Notes: generated by a model from the sequence alone, not told the origin. 64,000 nt of DNA from Alphaproteobacteria bacterium (GCA_030428565.1 JAUIDR010000007.1:18504-82503); one strand, 5' to 3'; shown: positions 53,950 to 63,953, numbered from the stretch's first letter. Translations and numbers: made by a program.

Positions 53950-54756
53950 TTACTGAATGCACCAGCCGCCGTCGATGTGCAGCATCTGGCCGGTCATGTA
54001 GTCGCTGTCCGGGCTGGCCAAGAAGGCGGCCGTACCCTTGATGTCGTCGGGATAAGAGACCCGCTTGATCACCAGCTCGTTTTCAACGATGTCGTCATAG
54101 GCTTGGCCCGCGCGCTCTTTAAAGCCGATCTCAACCAAGTCTTTGTCAAGCTGCTCCCAGAGCGGCGTAACTACAACACCAGGGGCGTAGCCGTTGACGG
54201 TAATGCCATGCTCGGCCAGGCCAACCGCGCCACAGTGGGTCAACGCCAGGCAGCCGTATTTGGATGTACAATAAACGGTGACGTCCACCAGCGGCTTGCG
54301 CGACGCGATCGAGCCCACATTGATCAATTTGTAGGGATAGTCTTGCTTGCCCTGTTTGATCATTTGGCGGGCGGTCTCCTGCATGCCCAGCCACATGGCC
54401 TTGGTGTTGACGTTCATGATCATGTCCCAGTTATCTTCATCGATATCCATGAAGAAGCGGGGCTTGTTGAGACCAGCGTTGAACAGACCAACATTGATCA
54501 TGCCGAAGGCTTCAACCGTCGCTGCGACGGCCGCGGCGTTGTCTTCGCGCTTGGTGACATCCATTTTGACCGCAATCGCCTTGCCGTTACCGCGCGCGTT
54601 GATGCGCTCTGCGACGGCTTGCGCTTCGTCCAAATCCAGATCACCCAGGCAGACGTTGGCGCCTAGCTCTGCGAAATGCTCAGCGTTGGCAGAGCCCATG
54701 CCGCGTGCGGCACCGGTGATGAGAATGTTTTTGCCTTGTAGGCGATTGGGGTCCAT
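53950..54756 (-). CDS. SDR family oxidoreductase (acetoin reductase / polyol dehydrogenase-like)
   Basis: ILITGAARGMG, NAGL, YCTSK, LASPDSDYMTGQMLHIDGG. The ATG is preceded by taggagga. Confidence 0.85.
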   Translation of the reverse strand: MDPNRLQGKNILITGAARGMGSANAEHFAELGANVCLGDLDLDEAQAVAERINARGNGKAIAVKMDVTKREDNAAAVAATVEAFGMINVGLFNAGLNKPRFFMDIDEDNWDMIMNVNTKAMWLGMQETARQMIKQGKQDYPYKLINVGSIASRKPLVDVTVYCTSKYGCLALTHCGAVGLAEHGITVNGYAPGVVVTPLWEQLDKDLVEIGFKERAGQAYDDIVENELVIKRVSYPDDIKGTAAFLASPDSDYMTGQMLHIDGGWCIQ

Positions 54757-54773
54757 AGCTGATCCTCCTAGAT

Positions 54774-56693
54774 TTACCGAAACCCGTTATTCATCAGCGC
54801 ATCGGCCCGGTCTTGGGCTCTGCGCAGTGCGTCGCGCGGCGGGGTTACACCGCGCAGCATGTCGTGAAACTCCTCGCCGCAGATCTGGATGATGTCGCAG
54901 ATCTCAGGGACAGGGGGGCGAGGCCAGAATTGCAGTTCGTCACGCCAAGACATGGCGTCAACATCTTCAAAGATGGGCGAGAGGCGGCGCACTTCGGGGT
55001 CGATTCCCACCGAGTAGCGAGCGTTGGTGCGGCTGCCATTCTGGACGTACATTTTTTGGGCCTGTGGCGAGGTGAAGACCAGCAGCGCTTCCACGGCTGC
55101 GGGCACGCGTTCGGCCGGCAAATTGGCAGGAATGCCCATCATGTAACCCCCAACCGGCGCGATCGGCGTGCCGCCAGGTGCGGTGGGGTGGGGCAGGTAG
55201 CCGGTGGAATTGGCAGCCGGGCTGGAGGCATCCAGCTCAAAGTAAGGCGCCAACAGGGTGTAGCCATAGGCCATCGGTACGGCGCCAGCCGCATAGGGGC
55301 GCACGCGCTCGTACCAGGACATGGACAAGATGTCGGGCGGCGAGTAACGCAGCAGCTCCATCAGGAATTCAGCCGCTTCTAGGCCGGCTGGCGTGTCGAT
55401 TGTGGGGTGATAGTTCCCGGTTGCCAGGTTGTCGGTCTCAAAGCCGCCGGCGATTTTGGGCAGATTCAAGACCGACTGGCCGAAATCAGCCAGGGCCATT
55501 AAGAATGTGTGACCTAGCGCTGTGCCGCGGGCGGCGTTCCAGGCAATGCCATAGCGCCCGGCGCTGGGCTTGTGGAAATGGCGGGCGGCGTTCAACAGTT
55601 CGTCGGTCGTGCGCGGCGGCTCAAGCCCGGCGTCAGCGAACAGATCTTTTCGGTAGAACAACAGCTCGGGCGTGGTCTGCGCAGGCACGCCATAGGGGCG
55701 CCCGCCCCAGTAGGTCGCCTTCCAGCCCGCGGCGTGAAAATCGGCTGAGTCCAAGCGGGCGATGTCCATCGCCTCATCCAAGGGCATGAGTACGCCGGTC
55801 TCGGCGAATCCGCCGACCCATGGCAAATCGACCGCTACAATATCATAGCGACTTGACTTGCGTTCGGCGTTCTTGACGGCTTCTTCACGCAGACGGTCGA
55901 TAGAAAAGGCGCGTTGGTGGATTTGGGTGCCAATGACTTGTTCAAACTGGCGCTTCAGGTTGTCCATGACCATGAAGGTGGGATCGCCGTGGACCAAGAC
56001 GCGAATCCCGCCTGAGATCTTGAGCGGCTCGCCCAATACCTGCAACGGCGGGATGGAGCGCGCTTCGAGGTATGAGCCGCCAAAGAAGTAGTCGTTGCTC
56101 TCGCTTTGCGCTAAGGCGCCGCCGAATTGGTTGGCGGCCAGGCGCTGTATGCGGCTTGAAAGCTGCATCCATTGATTGAGCAGTTTGGGGCTGGGGTGAA
56201 GCGAGAAGCTGCGACCGCTCTTGGTGCGGGGGCGCTGCTCGACCAGGCCGGCCTCAACCATCTCTTTCAAGCGGCGGGTGGCGGTGGCGTAGGGCACGTG
56301 ACTCGCACCAATCAGCGAGGTTGGCGTAATGACCTTGGCCTCCAAGTGGCCGCGCATCAGGTGCAAAAACATGCGGAAAAATGGATTCGGCGCAGAGATC
56401 TCAAGAATATCGTCCAGTTCGTCGCCAAAATCCTCCAGAAAGGCCAAGATCTGGAGCATCTCGGTCTTCGCTTGCGGCGAAACCGGCATCTTGCGATGAT
56501 GATGTGGATCCAAAGCGTTCATACGAGGCGCGCGATCTCTTTCCTGATCTCTGCTGGGGCGATTGGCGGCACCTGATGAAATGTCCAAATTGGGGGTTTT
56601 ATCGAGAGACATAACAGGCGTTGTCCTAAATTGTTCAAAATGACATCGAGAGTGTACGGGAAACATATCCAGTTTGGATGTCAAATCATCCAA
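54774..56693 (-). CDS. winged-HTH (MarR-like) domain fused to a family-1 solute-binding-protein domain; putative cytoplasmic regulator (start uncertain)
   Basis: N-terminal ITPTSLIGASHVPYATATRRLKEMVEAGLVEQRP. C-terminal about 430 aa with SBP_bac_1-type motifs (YDIVAVDLPWVGGFAETGVLMPLD, GRPYGVPAQTTPELLFYRKDLFADAGLEPPRTTDEL). No signal peptide. Confidence 0.7.
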   Translation of the reverse strand: MDDLTSKLDMFPVHSRCHFEQFRTTPVMSLDKTPNLDISSGAANRPSRDQERDRAPRMNALDPHHHRKMPVSPQAKTEMLQILAFLEDFGDELDDILEISAPNPFFRMFLHLMRGHLEAKVITPTSLIGASHVPYATATRRLKEMVEAGLVEQRPRTKSGRSFSLHPSPKLLNQWMQLSSRIQRLAANQFGGALAQSESNDYFFGGSYLEARSIPPLQVLGEPLKISGGIRVLVHGDPTFMVMDNLKRQFEQVIGTQIHQRAFSIDRLREEAVKNAERKSSRYDIVAVDLPWVGGFAETGVLMPLDEAMDIARLDSADFHAAGWKATYWGGRPYGVPAQTTPELLFYRKDLFADAGLEPPRTTDELLNAARHFHKPSAGRYGIAWNAARGTALGHTFLMALADFGQSVLNLPKIAGGFETDNLATGNYHPTIDTPAGLEAAEFLMELLRYSPPDILSMSWYERVRPYAAGAVPMAYGYTLLAPYFELDASSPAANSTGYLPHPTAPGGTPIAPVGGYMMGIPANLPAERVPAAVEALLVFTSPQAQKMYVQNGSRTNARYSVGIDPEVRRLSPIFEDVDAMSWRDELQFWPRPPVPEICDIIQICGEEFHDMLRGVTPPRDALRRAQDRADALMNNGFR

Positions 56694-56868
56694 TATGAAT
56701 TACTTTTGCGCATCTTGCTTGGAAGGCCGCGGCCATAGTGCGTTCAGTCGTCAAAGGCAGCGGGCCAACTCGCTGGAAATGCGCTGCAGACGATTTAAGT
56801 CGCTAGGAAGGCTTTGTGCCCAGAAGCGACAGCACTAAACTCAGGAAATCTCGGGAGAGGAGACCCTA

Positions 56869-57822
56869 ATGACCCGTTTTACCCTTGCTGCTACAACCGC
56901 CGTTGCGGCTTTTGCCATTGCTGGTGCAGCCACTGCTGGTAGCTACAAAATCGGCATCACCCAGAACAACGTGGGCGTCGACAGTTATCAGACTACTTAC
57001 GAAAAAGCCTTTATCGCAGCTTCTGATGCGAACGCCGACGTTGAAGCGGTTGTTCTGGATGCTGGCGGCGACGTTGCGCGTCAGATTGCGCAAATGGAAG
57101 ACCTGATTCAGCAAGAAGTTGACGCCATCATTATCTGGCCGACCAACGGCGAAGCGGTTATCCCCGCGGTTCGTAAGGCCCACAAGGCTGGCATTCCGGT
57201 GATCGTAACCAACTCGAACATCGCAGAAGCAGGCTTCCCTTTCGTTAAGTCTTTCTCTGGCCCCGATAACATCACCCAAGGTTCACGCTCTGCTGAGATC
57301 ATGTGTGACAAGTTCAAGGCCATGGGCATTGAGAACGAAGCGCAGGTCGTGCACATCACTGGTCAGCCCGGCTACACCACCGCGATCGAGCGTGCGAAAG
57401 GCTTTGAAGACCGTCTGCCTGAAGTTTGCCCGAACGTGACTGTTCTGGACACTCAGCCCGGCGACTGGAACCGCGAAAAGTCTCAGAAAGTTATGGAAGC
57501 TTTCTTGGTCAAGTATGACGACATCGACGGCGTCTACGCTGGCGACGACAACATGGGCGTTGGCGCTCTGAACGCTGCTAAAGCGGCTGGCCGCGAAGGC
57601 ATCATCTTCGTCGGTGCGACCAACTTTGCGGTTGGCTACGAAGCCATGGAGCGTGGCGAATACTGGGGTTCAATCTACCAGTCTCCAGTTGACGATGCAG
57701 AAGCCGCATTGAAGACCGCGCTGGACGTGTTGAACGGCATGGACGTGCCCTTCCTGAACTACTTCGACACTCCGAAGATCACTCAGGACAACCAGTCTGA
57801 CTTCACTAAGCCGGTATTCTAA
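56869..57822 (+). CDS. sugar ABC transporter substrate-binding protein (ribose-binding-protein-like)
   Basis: Signal peptide MTRFTLAATTAVAAFAIAGAATAG. KIGITQNN, IPVIVTNS, VYAGDDNMGVGAL. Strong RBS gggagaggag. Confidence 0.85.
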   Translation: MTRFTLAATTAVAAFAIAGAATAGSYKIGITQNNVGVDSYQTTYEKAFIAASDANADVEAVVLDAGGDVARQIAQMEDLIQQEVDAIIIWPTNGEAVIPAVRKAHKAGIPVIVTNSNIAEAGFPFVKSFSGPDNITQGSRSAEIMCDKFKAMGIENEAQVVHITGQPGYTTAIERAKGFEDRLPEVCPNVTVLDTQPGDWNREKSQKVMEAFLVKYDDIDGVYAGDDNMGVGALNAAKAAGREGIIFVGATNFAVGYEAMERGEYWGSIYQSPVDDAEAALKTALDVLNGMDVPFLNYFDTPKITQDNQSDFTKPVF

Positions 57823-57834
57823 TCTGGCATTGCC

Positions 57835-57872
57835 GCCGAGCGCTGGGGAACCGGCGCTCGGCTTTCTTTTCT
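57835..57872 (+). terminator. rho-independent terminator/attenuator after the SBP gene
   Basis: Perfect 9-bp stem GCCGAGCGC / GCGCTCGGC with a 10-nt loop, followed by TTTCTTTTCTT. Confidence 0.65.
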
Positions 57873-57909
57873 TAAAATCAAACAATAATAATAAATTCTG
57901 GAGGACACC

Positions 57910-58722
57910 GTGGCAGATATACCACTGGGGCGTGTCGCTGGTCGATCGTGCATTGTCACAGGCGCGGCGCGCGGTATCGGTCGGGCGATCGGTGAAGCCT
58001 TGTTGGATGAAGGCGCTGATGTCTGTTTTGCCGACCTGAACGGCGATGATGCAGCGCGCGTGGCGGCCCTAAACGAAGAGCGTATGGCTGGTAAGGGCGG
58101 CGCCATTACTTATGCCGCTGTCGATGTGCGCGAGCGCGAACAAGTGCAAGCCATGATTGCTCACACAGTCGAGGCATTCGGCAAGCTGGACGTCAAGTTC
58201 AACAATGCCGGGGTCAATAAGCCGATGAATTTCCTGGATGTGACCGAAGACAACTGGCACTTCATTATGGATATCAACGGCCTGGGCTGCATGATCGGAA
58301 TGCAAGAGGCGGCCGCTCAAATGATCAAGCAAGGCACCGGCGGTAAGATCATCAATACGGCCTCGATCGCCAGCCGACAGGGCTTTGATAATGTAGCGCC
58401 ATACTGCGCCAGCAAGTGGGCCGTGGTCTCCTTGACCCAATCCGCCGCGCGCGATCTGGCCAAGCACGACATCACGGTGACCGGGTTTGCGCCGGGCGTG
58501 GTAGCAACTGAAATGTGGGAAGAGGTCGATCGCGACCTGATGGAGATCGGCGCCGCCGAGCGTCCGGGGCAGGCTATGCAAGACTTCTCTGCCGACATCC
58601 TAAAAGGGCGCGTTGCCTTGCCGGGCGACATTACCGGCACAACGACTTTTTTGGCCTCGCGAGATAGCGACTACATGACCGGCCAAATTGTTATGATAGA
58701 TGGCGGCATGACCCTGGTCTAA
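57910..58722 (+). CDS. SDR family oxidoreductase (acetoin reductase / polyol dehydrogenase-like), paralogue of 53950-54756
   Basis: CIVTGAARGIG, NNAGV, YCASK, LASRDSDYMTGQIVMIDGG. The GTG start is preceded by ggagga. Confidence 0.85.
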   Translation: MADIPLGRVAGRSCIVTGAARGIGRAIGEALLDEGADVCFADLNGDDAARVAALNEERMAGKGGAITYAAVDVREREQVQAMIAHTVEAFGKLDVKFNNAGVNKPMNFLDVTEDNWHFIMDINGLGCMIGMQEAAAQMIKQGTGGKIINTASIASRQGFDNVAPYCASKWAVVSLTQSAARDLAKHDITVTGFAPGVVATEMWEEVDRDLMEIGAAERPGQAMQDFSADILKGRVALPGDITGTTTFLASRDSDYMTGQIVMIDGGMTLV

Positions 58723-58834
58723 CCAGGGTCTGTGACCGTCAAGCGATGAATGGTTGTGGTCAGTCAGTACGGCGCTAAGGGCGTGCCTGCTGGCAGGCTG
58801 CAGCGTTAAAATTTTCGGGAGCTGGGAGGAGACT

Positions 58835-59809
58835 ATGCCCCAAATCACAAAGGCAAGCATTGGACGCTTTGTGGCCCGACAAGGGATCTTGATCGCATTC
58901 GTCTTGTTTATGGTTGGCTTTACCTTTGCCAATCAGCGCTTTTTGGCCCCGGAAAACGTGATGGGCGTTATCCGATCTTCGGCCATTTTGGGCGTTATGG
59001 CGCTGGGCGTGACCTTCGTGGTGATCAGTGGCAATCTGGACCTCTCTGTGGGCTCAATGATGTCCTTTTCCACCATCGTGGTACTGGATCTGCACGACAA
59101 GCTTGGCCCGACGTTGGCCATTCCAGCCATGTTCGCCATGACCTTGTGCCTGGGGGCCATCATCGGCTTTTTGGTCGGCTACCTCAAACTGAATTCCTTG
59201 ATCGTCACTTTGGGTATGCTATCCGCCATTCACGGCCTGACGCTCACCTATTCGGGCGGCAAGAACATGGATATCGTCGACAAAGAGGGCACTTGGTTTA
59301 GCGTTTTCGGGCAGGGCGATGCTTTGGGCGTGCCGGTGCCCATCTTGATGTTCTTGGGTCTGGCAGCACTGCTGGGCATCGTTTTGGCTAAGACCCCGTT
59401 CGGGCGCAAGATTTATGCCGTCGGTGGCAACGGCGTGGCGGCCACCTTCTCTGGCATTCGCCGCCCGCGCGTCATCCTCAGCTGCTATCTCATTTCGGCT
59501 TTTTGTGTTGCAACCGCGGGCCTACTGCAAGCCAGCCGCTCGTTGGGTTCGCAAAACACCGTCGGCCAAGGCTTGGAGCTGGAAGTTTTGGCGGCGGTCA
59601 TCCTGGGCGGCGCGTCTTTGTTGGGCGGCTCTGGCACCATTTTTAAGACCGTCATCGGCGTCCTGATCTTGGGCTTTATCCAAAACGGCCTGCTGTTGGT
59701 TGGCCTGCAATTCTATGCCCAGTACGTCGTGACCTGGGTCATCATCATTCTTGCGGTCTGGCTGGACATAGCAGCCAAGCGCGGCAAGCTTCTGTCCCCC
59801 ATCGCCTAG
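58835..59809 (+). CDS. sugar ABC transporter permease
   Basis: LDLSVGS, YAVGGNGVAATFSGI, GGASLLGGSGT. The ATG at 58835 is preceded by gggagga. Confidence 0.85.
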   Translation: MPQITKASIGRFVARQGILIAFVLFMVGFTFANQRFLAPENVMGVIRSSAILGVMALGVTFVVISGNLDLSVGSMMSFSTIVVLDLHDKLGPTLAIPAMFAMTLCLGAIIGFLVGYLKLNSLIVTLGMLSAIHGLTLTYSGGKNMDIVDKEGTWFSVFGQGDALGVPVPILMFLGLAALLGIVLAKTPFGRKIYAVGGNGVAATFSGIRRPRVILSCYLISAFCVATAGLLQASRSLGSQNTVGQGLELEVLAAVILGGASLLGGSGTIFKTVIGVLILGFIQNGLLLVGLQFYAQYVVTWVIIILAVWLDIAAKRGKLLSPIA

Positions 59810-59822
59810 AGGAGCTGAGGAC

Positions 59823-60824
59823 ATGTCAAGCGGTATGCTGAGCACTTTTCTAAAGCGCGGCGCGATTTGGGGCTTCATCCTGGTCGAGCTGGCCTTCTTT
59901 TCCATCGCCGGAGAGCAAATGTCTCTGTCGGACAAAGCTTTCATGGACTTGGATAACATGCTGTTGTTGTTCAAACAGTCGGCCCCCATCGGGATTATCG
60001 CCGTCGGCATGACCATCATTATGATCAACGGCAATATTGATTTGTCAGTGGGCGCGACCTTTGCCTTGGCGGCCATCGTGCTGTTGGACAGCATGACCTG
60101 GCCAATTTTCTCGGGCTTGGGTGATTGGGTCATCCCGGTTGCTTGGTTGCTGGCACTGCTGACCGGTGTCATCCTGGGGGCGCTAAACGGGTTCATCGTC
60201 TGGAAAACCGGGATCGACGCCTTCATTGTGACGCTGGGCTCTATGCTGGGCTTTCGTGGCCTGGTCTTCATGTACAATGGCGAAAACCCTACCTCGCACC
60301 TCAATTGGACACTCGTGGATTTTGCTGAAGCGCAATGGCTGGGGCTGCATACGGCCACTTGGTTCCTGCTCGGGGCGACGGCGATCATCTGGTACATTAT
60401 GAACCGCACCGTGCATGGTCGAAACGCCTATGCGATTGGCAACAACCGCGAAGCTGCCGTCAATGCGGGCATTCGCGTCGGCCCGCACATGATGATTAAT
60501 TTCATGATCATCGGGTTTTTGGCGGCGCTGTCTGCGGTGGTCTTTTATTCCGAAAGCGGCTCGGTCAACCCCAACGATGGCGAGCTGTATGAGCTGTGGG
60601 TCATCACGGCGGTCGTCCTTGGCGGCACCAAGCTGACGGGCGGTTCGGGCTCGATCATCTCCACTTTCGGCGGCGTAATTGCGATCCAGTTGCTGCGCAA
60701 AGGCTTGGGCCACATCGGCGCGGACACCGAGACGGTTAACCTAGTCATCGGAATGATCTTGATTGCTGTACTGTTCTTGGATCGACAGCTCAACATCAAA
60801 GGCAAAGAGGAGTTGCGCGTATGA
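59823..60824 (+). CDS. sugar ABC transporter permease (second membrane subunit)
   Basis: IDLSVGAT, YAIGNNREAAVNAGI, GGTKLTGGSGS. Confidence 0.85.
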   Translation: MSSGMLSTFLKRGAIWGFILVELAFFSIAGEQMSLSDKAFMDLDNMLLLFKQSAPIGIIAVGMTIIMINGNIDLSVGATFALAAIVLLDSMTWPIFSGLGDWVIPVAWLLALLTGVILGALNGFIVWKTGIDAFIVTLGSMLGFRGLVFMYNGENPTSHLNWTLVDFAEAQWLGLHTATWFLLGATAIIWYIMNRTVHGRNAYAIGNNREAAVNAGIRVGPHMMINFMIIGFLAALSAVVFYSESGSVNPNDGELYELWVITAVVLGGTKLTGGSGSIISTFGGVIAIQLLRKGLGHIGADTETVNLVIGMILIAVLFLDRQLNIKGKEELRV

Positions 60825-62362
60825 CCCGTCAAACGCAAAGCGCTGAGACTGCGAACAGCAAACCCGTCTTGCGCCTGGAAGGCATCGTTAAGACTTTCCC
60901 CGGCGTGCGGGCTCTAGATGGGGTGTCTTTCGATGTGGTGCCCGGTGAGGTCCACGCCTTGATGGGCGAGAACGGCGCGGGCAAGTCAACCCTGATGAAG
61001 GTCTTGGGCGGGATTTATCAACCCGATGAAGGGCGCATTCTGGTCGGCGAACAGGCGGTGGTCATGACATCGCCTCTGCAGGCCAAGTCGAAAGGGATCG
61101 TCTTCATCCACCAAGAGCTGAGCTTGGCCAACGAACTGACGGTCGCCGAAAATGTCTATTTGGGGGAACTGCCCCGTAAGAGCTTTGGACGCGTTGACTG
61201 GCAGAAGCTCTACGCTCAGACGAATGAAATCCTGGCCAAGCTAAAGGTTGGTTTCAACGCCAAGACCCGGGTCGGTGATTTGTCGATCGCCAACCAGCAA
61301 ATGGTCGAAATTGCGCGCGCTTTGACCGTGGACGCCAAGGCGGTCATCTTTGACGAGCCCACAGCCTCGCTGACGGATGCGGAAAAGGTGGTGCTGTTCG
61401 ACGTGATCGCCGATCTGCAAGCCCAAGGCGTTGGCATCATCTATATTTCTCACCGCATGGAAGAGATCTTCAAAATCACGGATCGCATCAGCGTACTGCG
61501 CGACGGCCAGTATCGCGGCACCTTGGTCACAGATCAGACCAACGAGGACGAAGTTACCCAATTGATGATCGGGCGAAAGCTGGATCTGTCGCGCAATGCA
61601 AGCCACCACGAACTTGGCAAGGTGGCGATCGAGGTGCGGGGACTGTCGTGTGGCGGCCTGTTCCAGGATGTGAGCTTTGAGGTGCGCGAAGGCGAGGTCT
61701 TGGGCTTTTATGGCTTGGTTGGCGCTGGTCGGACCGAGATTGCAGAGACTTTGTTTGGCCTGCGTGAACCCACCGCCGGACAAATTTTGGTGCGGGGCGA
61801 AGAGGTCCATATCCACTCGCCCAGCGACGCCATCGCGCGCGGCATCTCGTTGGTGCCCGAAGACCGCAAAGAGCAGGGCTTGGTCCTCACCATGAGCTGC
61901 CGGGACAACATGACCTTGCCGCAGGTCGAGGATCTTAAAGCCGGCCCCTTCGTGGCCGAAGGCGCTGAGATCGCAATTTTTGACAAATACCGCGACAGCC
62001 TGGATATCCGCACACCAGGTTGGCGGCAACTGGTCGGCAATCTGTCAGGCGGCAATCAGCAGAAAATTGTCATCGGCAAGTGGCTGTCTATGCACCCCAG
62101 CGTGCTGATCGTTGACGAGCCAACGCGCGGCATTGACGTGGGTTCTAAGGCGGTCATTCACGAACTCATTCGCGATTTGGCCGCGCAAGGCTATGCGGTC
62201 ATCGTCATTTCGTCTGAAATGCCGGAGGTTTTGCACGTCAGTGACCGGATCGCCGCCATGTACAGCGGCAAGCTGATGCGGACCTTTAGCTCAGAGGAGG
62301 TTAGCGAGGACGGCTTGATCCAAGCCATCTCGGGCCTTAGTAGCGATAAGGTGGCTGCGTGA
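60821..62362 (+). CDS. sugar ABC transporter ATP-binding protein (duplicated ATPase)
   Basis: GENGAGKST, FDEPTASL, LSGGNQQK, VDEPTRGID. 4-bp overlaps on both sides. Confidence 0.9.
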   Translation: MTRQTQSAETANSKPVLRLEGIVKTFPGVRALDGVSFDVVPGEVHALMGENGAGKSTLMKVLGGIYQPDEGRILVGEQAVVMTSPLQAKSKGIVFIHQELSLANELTVAENVYLGELPRKSFGRVDWQKLYAQTNEILAKLKVGFNAKTRVGDLSIANQQMVEIARALTVDAKAVIFDEPTASLTDAEKVVLFDVIADLQAQGVGIIYISHRMEEIFKITDRISVLRDGQYRGTLVTDQTNEDEVTQLMIGRKLDLSRNASHHELGKVAIEVRGLSCGGLFQDVSFEVREGEVLGFYGLVGAGRTEIAETLFGLREPTAGQILVRGEEVHIHSPSDAIARGISLVPEDRKEQGLVLTMSCRDNMTLPQVEDLKAGPFVAEGAEIAIFDKYRDSLDIRTPGWRQLVGNLSGGNQQKIVIGKWLSMHPSVLIVDEPTRGIDVGSKAVIHELIRDLAAQGYAVIVISSEMPEVLHVSDRIAAMYSGKLMRTFSSEEVSEDGLIQAISGLSSDKVAA

Positions 62363-63228
62363 TAATTGGCTTCATCGGGCTTGGACGCATGGGGCAACCC
62401 ATGGCGCGAAACCTGGTGAAGGCGGGCCTCGAGCTGGTGGTTTGGAACCGCAGCACCGCGCCCGCACAGGCGTTGGCCGAAGAGCTGGGCGTTCGCGTGG
62501 CCGAGAGCCCTGCCGATCTGGCTAACAGCGTCGATCTGGTGGTGACCATGCTGGCCGATGACCAAGCCTCGGTTGCTGTCCATCAGGGGGTGGCGGGATT
62601 GTTTGCTGGTGGTCGTGCAAAGTGGGTGGTCGAGATGGGGACTTTGAGCCCTCAGCACCTGGCCGAGCTTGCCCAAGTCGCGCCAAAGGGCATGCGCGTC
62701 GTCGATGCCCCTGTTTCCGGTGCGACCCAGGCTGCGCGCGATGCCCAGCTGTTGATTATGTCCGGCTGCGAGGAAGCCGCCGCGACGGTGCTGGCACCCG
62801 TGTTTAACGCTTTGGGAAAGCGTACGATATATCTCGGCAAATTCGGTGCTGGCGCAGTCATGAAGCTGGCGGTCAATTCGCTGATCCACGGCATTAATCA
62901 GACTTTGGCTGAAGCGATGAGCTTGGCCGAGGCGGCGGGCATTCAGGCCGAGGCAGCCTTTGATGTCATCGAAGCCTCGGCAGCGGCGGCCCCCATGCTC
63001 AGCTATCGTCGCCCCCTCTATTTGGACGAAGCTGGCCATGACGTGACCTTTACTGTCGCGCTAGCCCGCAAGGACATGCAAATCACGGCCCAGTTGGCGC
63101 AGAGTCTAGGAACCGCCATGCCGCAAGGGCAGGCGACTTTGCAAGAGCTGTTGGCGGCAGAAAAAGACGGCTATGGCGCCCGCGATATGGCGTCGATTTT
63201 GGCCTATATGAGGGAGAGGAAAGCATGA
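62359..63228 (+). CDS. NAD(P)-dependent oxidoreductase, 3-hydroxyisobutyrate / tartronate semialdehyde reductase family
   Basis: IGFIGLGRMGQPMARNL, DAPVSG, GAGAVMKLAVN. Confidence 0.8.
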   Translation: MIIGFIGLGRMGQPMARNLVKAGLELVVWNRSTAPAQALAEELGVRVAESPADLANSVDLVVTMLADDQASVAVHQGVAGLFAGGRAKWVVEMGTLSPQHLAELAQVAPKGMRVVDAPVSGATQAARDAQLLIMSGCEEAAATVLAPVFNALGKRTIYLGKFGAGAVMKLAVNSLIHGINQTLAEAMSLAEAAGIQAEAAFDVIEASAAAAPMLSYRRPLYLDEAGHDVTFTVALARKDMQITAQLAQSLGTAMPQGQATLQELLAAEKDGYGARDMASILAYMRERKA

Positions 63229-63953
63229 AAGCAGCGCTGTTTGTCGGCGGTTGGCAGGGGCACACGCCGACCACATTCGCCGATTGGTATGCCGACTTGT
63301 TGCGCGCCAACGGCTTTGACGTTGATATCTACGATAGCCTGGAACCGCTGGAAGACCCCGCCTCCTTGAGCGATCATAGCTTGATCACCCCGATTTGGTC
63401 GTCGGCGCGCTCTGGCCATCGCGACGAATTCGGCAATATGACCAAGCCGCAAGAAGACGGGCTGCTGAAACTGATTGGCGAGGGTTGCGGCCTGGCAGGC
63501 TGGCACGGTCACATGGGCGATGCGTTTCGCGATCGTCCGACCTATCACTTTTTGATCGGTGGGCAGTTCGTAGCGCATCCGCCGGGCTGGCCCGATAACC
63601 TGCAGCCCAAAGAAGACTACATCGACTACGATGTGACCATCTGCAAGCCGGACGATCCTATCGTCAAGGGCATCAAGAGCTTCCGCTTGACCTCCGAGCA
63701 GTATTACATGCTGGTGGACCCCTCAAATGAGGTCTTGGCCACTACCACCTTCACCGGCGATCACTTGTGGTGGATTGAGGGCACGGTCATCCCCGTGGTC
63801 TGGAAGCGGCGCTGGGATCAAGGTCGGGTCTTCTATTGTTCGATTGGTCACGAGCTGAACGATTTGAAGGTGCCGCAAGTAACAGAAATGATCCGACGCG
63901 GTGCTTTGTGGGCTGCTGAAGGCAAAGGCCTACAAGGCGGGGTTGCCCCTTAG
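63225..63953 (+). CDS. ThuA domain-containing protein
   Basis: About 240-aa class-I-glutamine-amidotransferase-like fold without the catalytic Cys. GLAGWHG and YCSIGH resemble ThuA-like proteins as I recall them. 4-bp overlap with the upstream gene. Confidence 0.65.
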   Translation: MKAALFVGGWQGHTPTTFADWYADLLRANGFDVDIYDSLEPLEDPASLSDHSLITPIWSSARSGHRDEFGNMTKPQEDGLLKLIGEGCGLAGWHGHMGDAFRDRPTYHFLIGGQFVAHPPGWPDNLQPKEDYIDYDVTICKPDDPIVKGIKSFRLTSEQYYMLVDPSNEVLATTTFTGDHLWWIEGTVIPVVWKRRWDQGRVFYCSIGHELNDLKVPQVTEMIRRGALWAAEGKGLQGGVAP

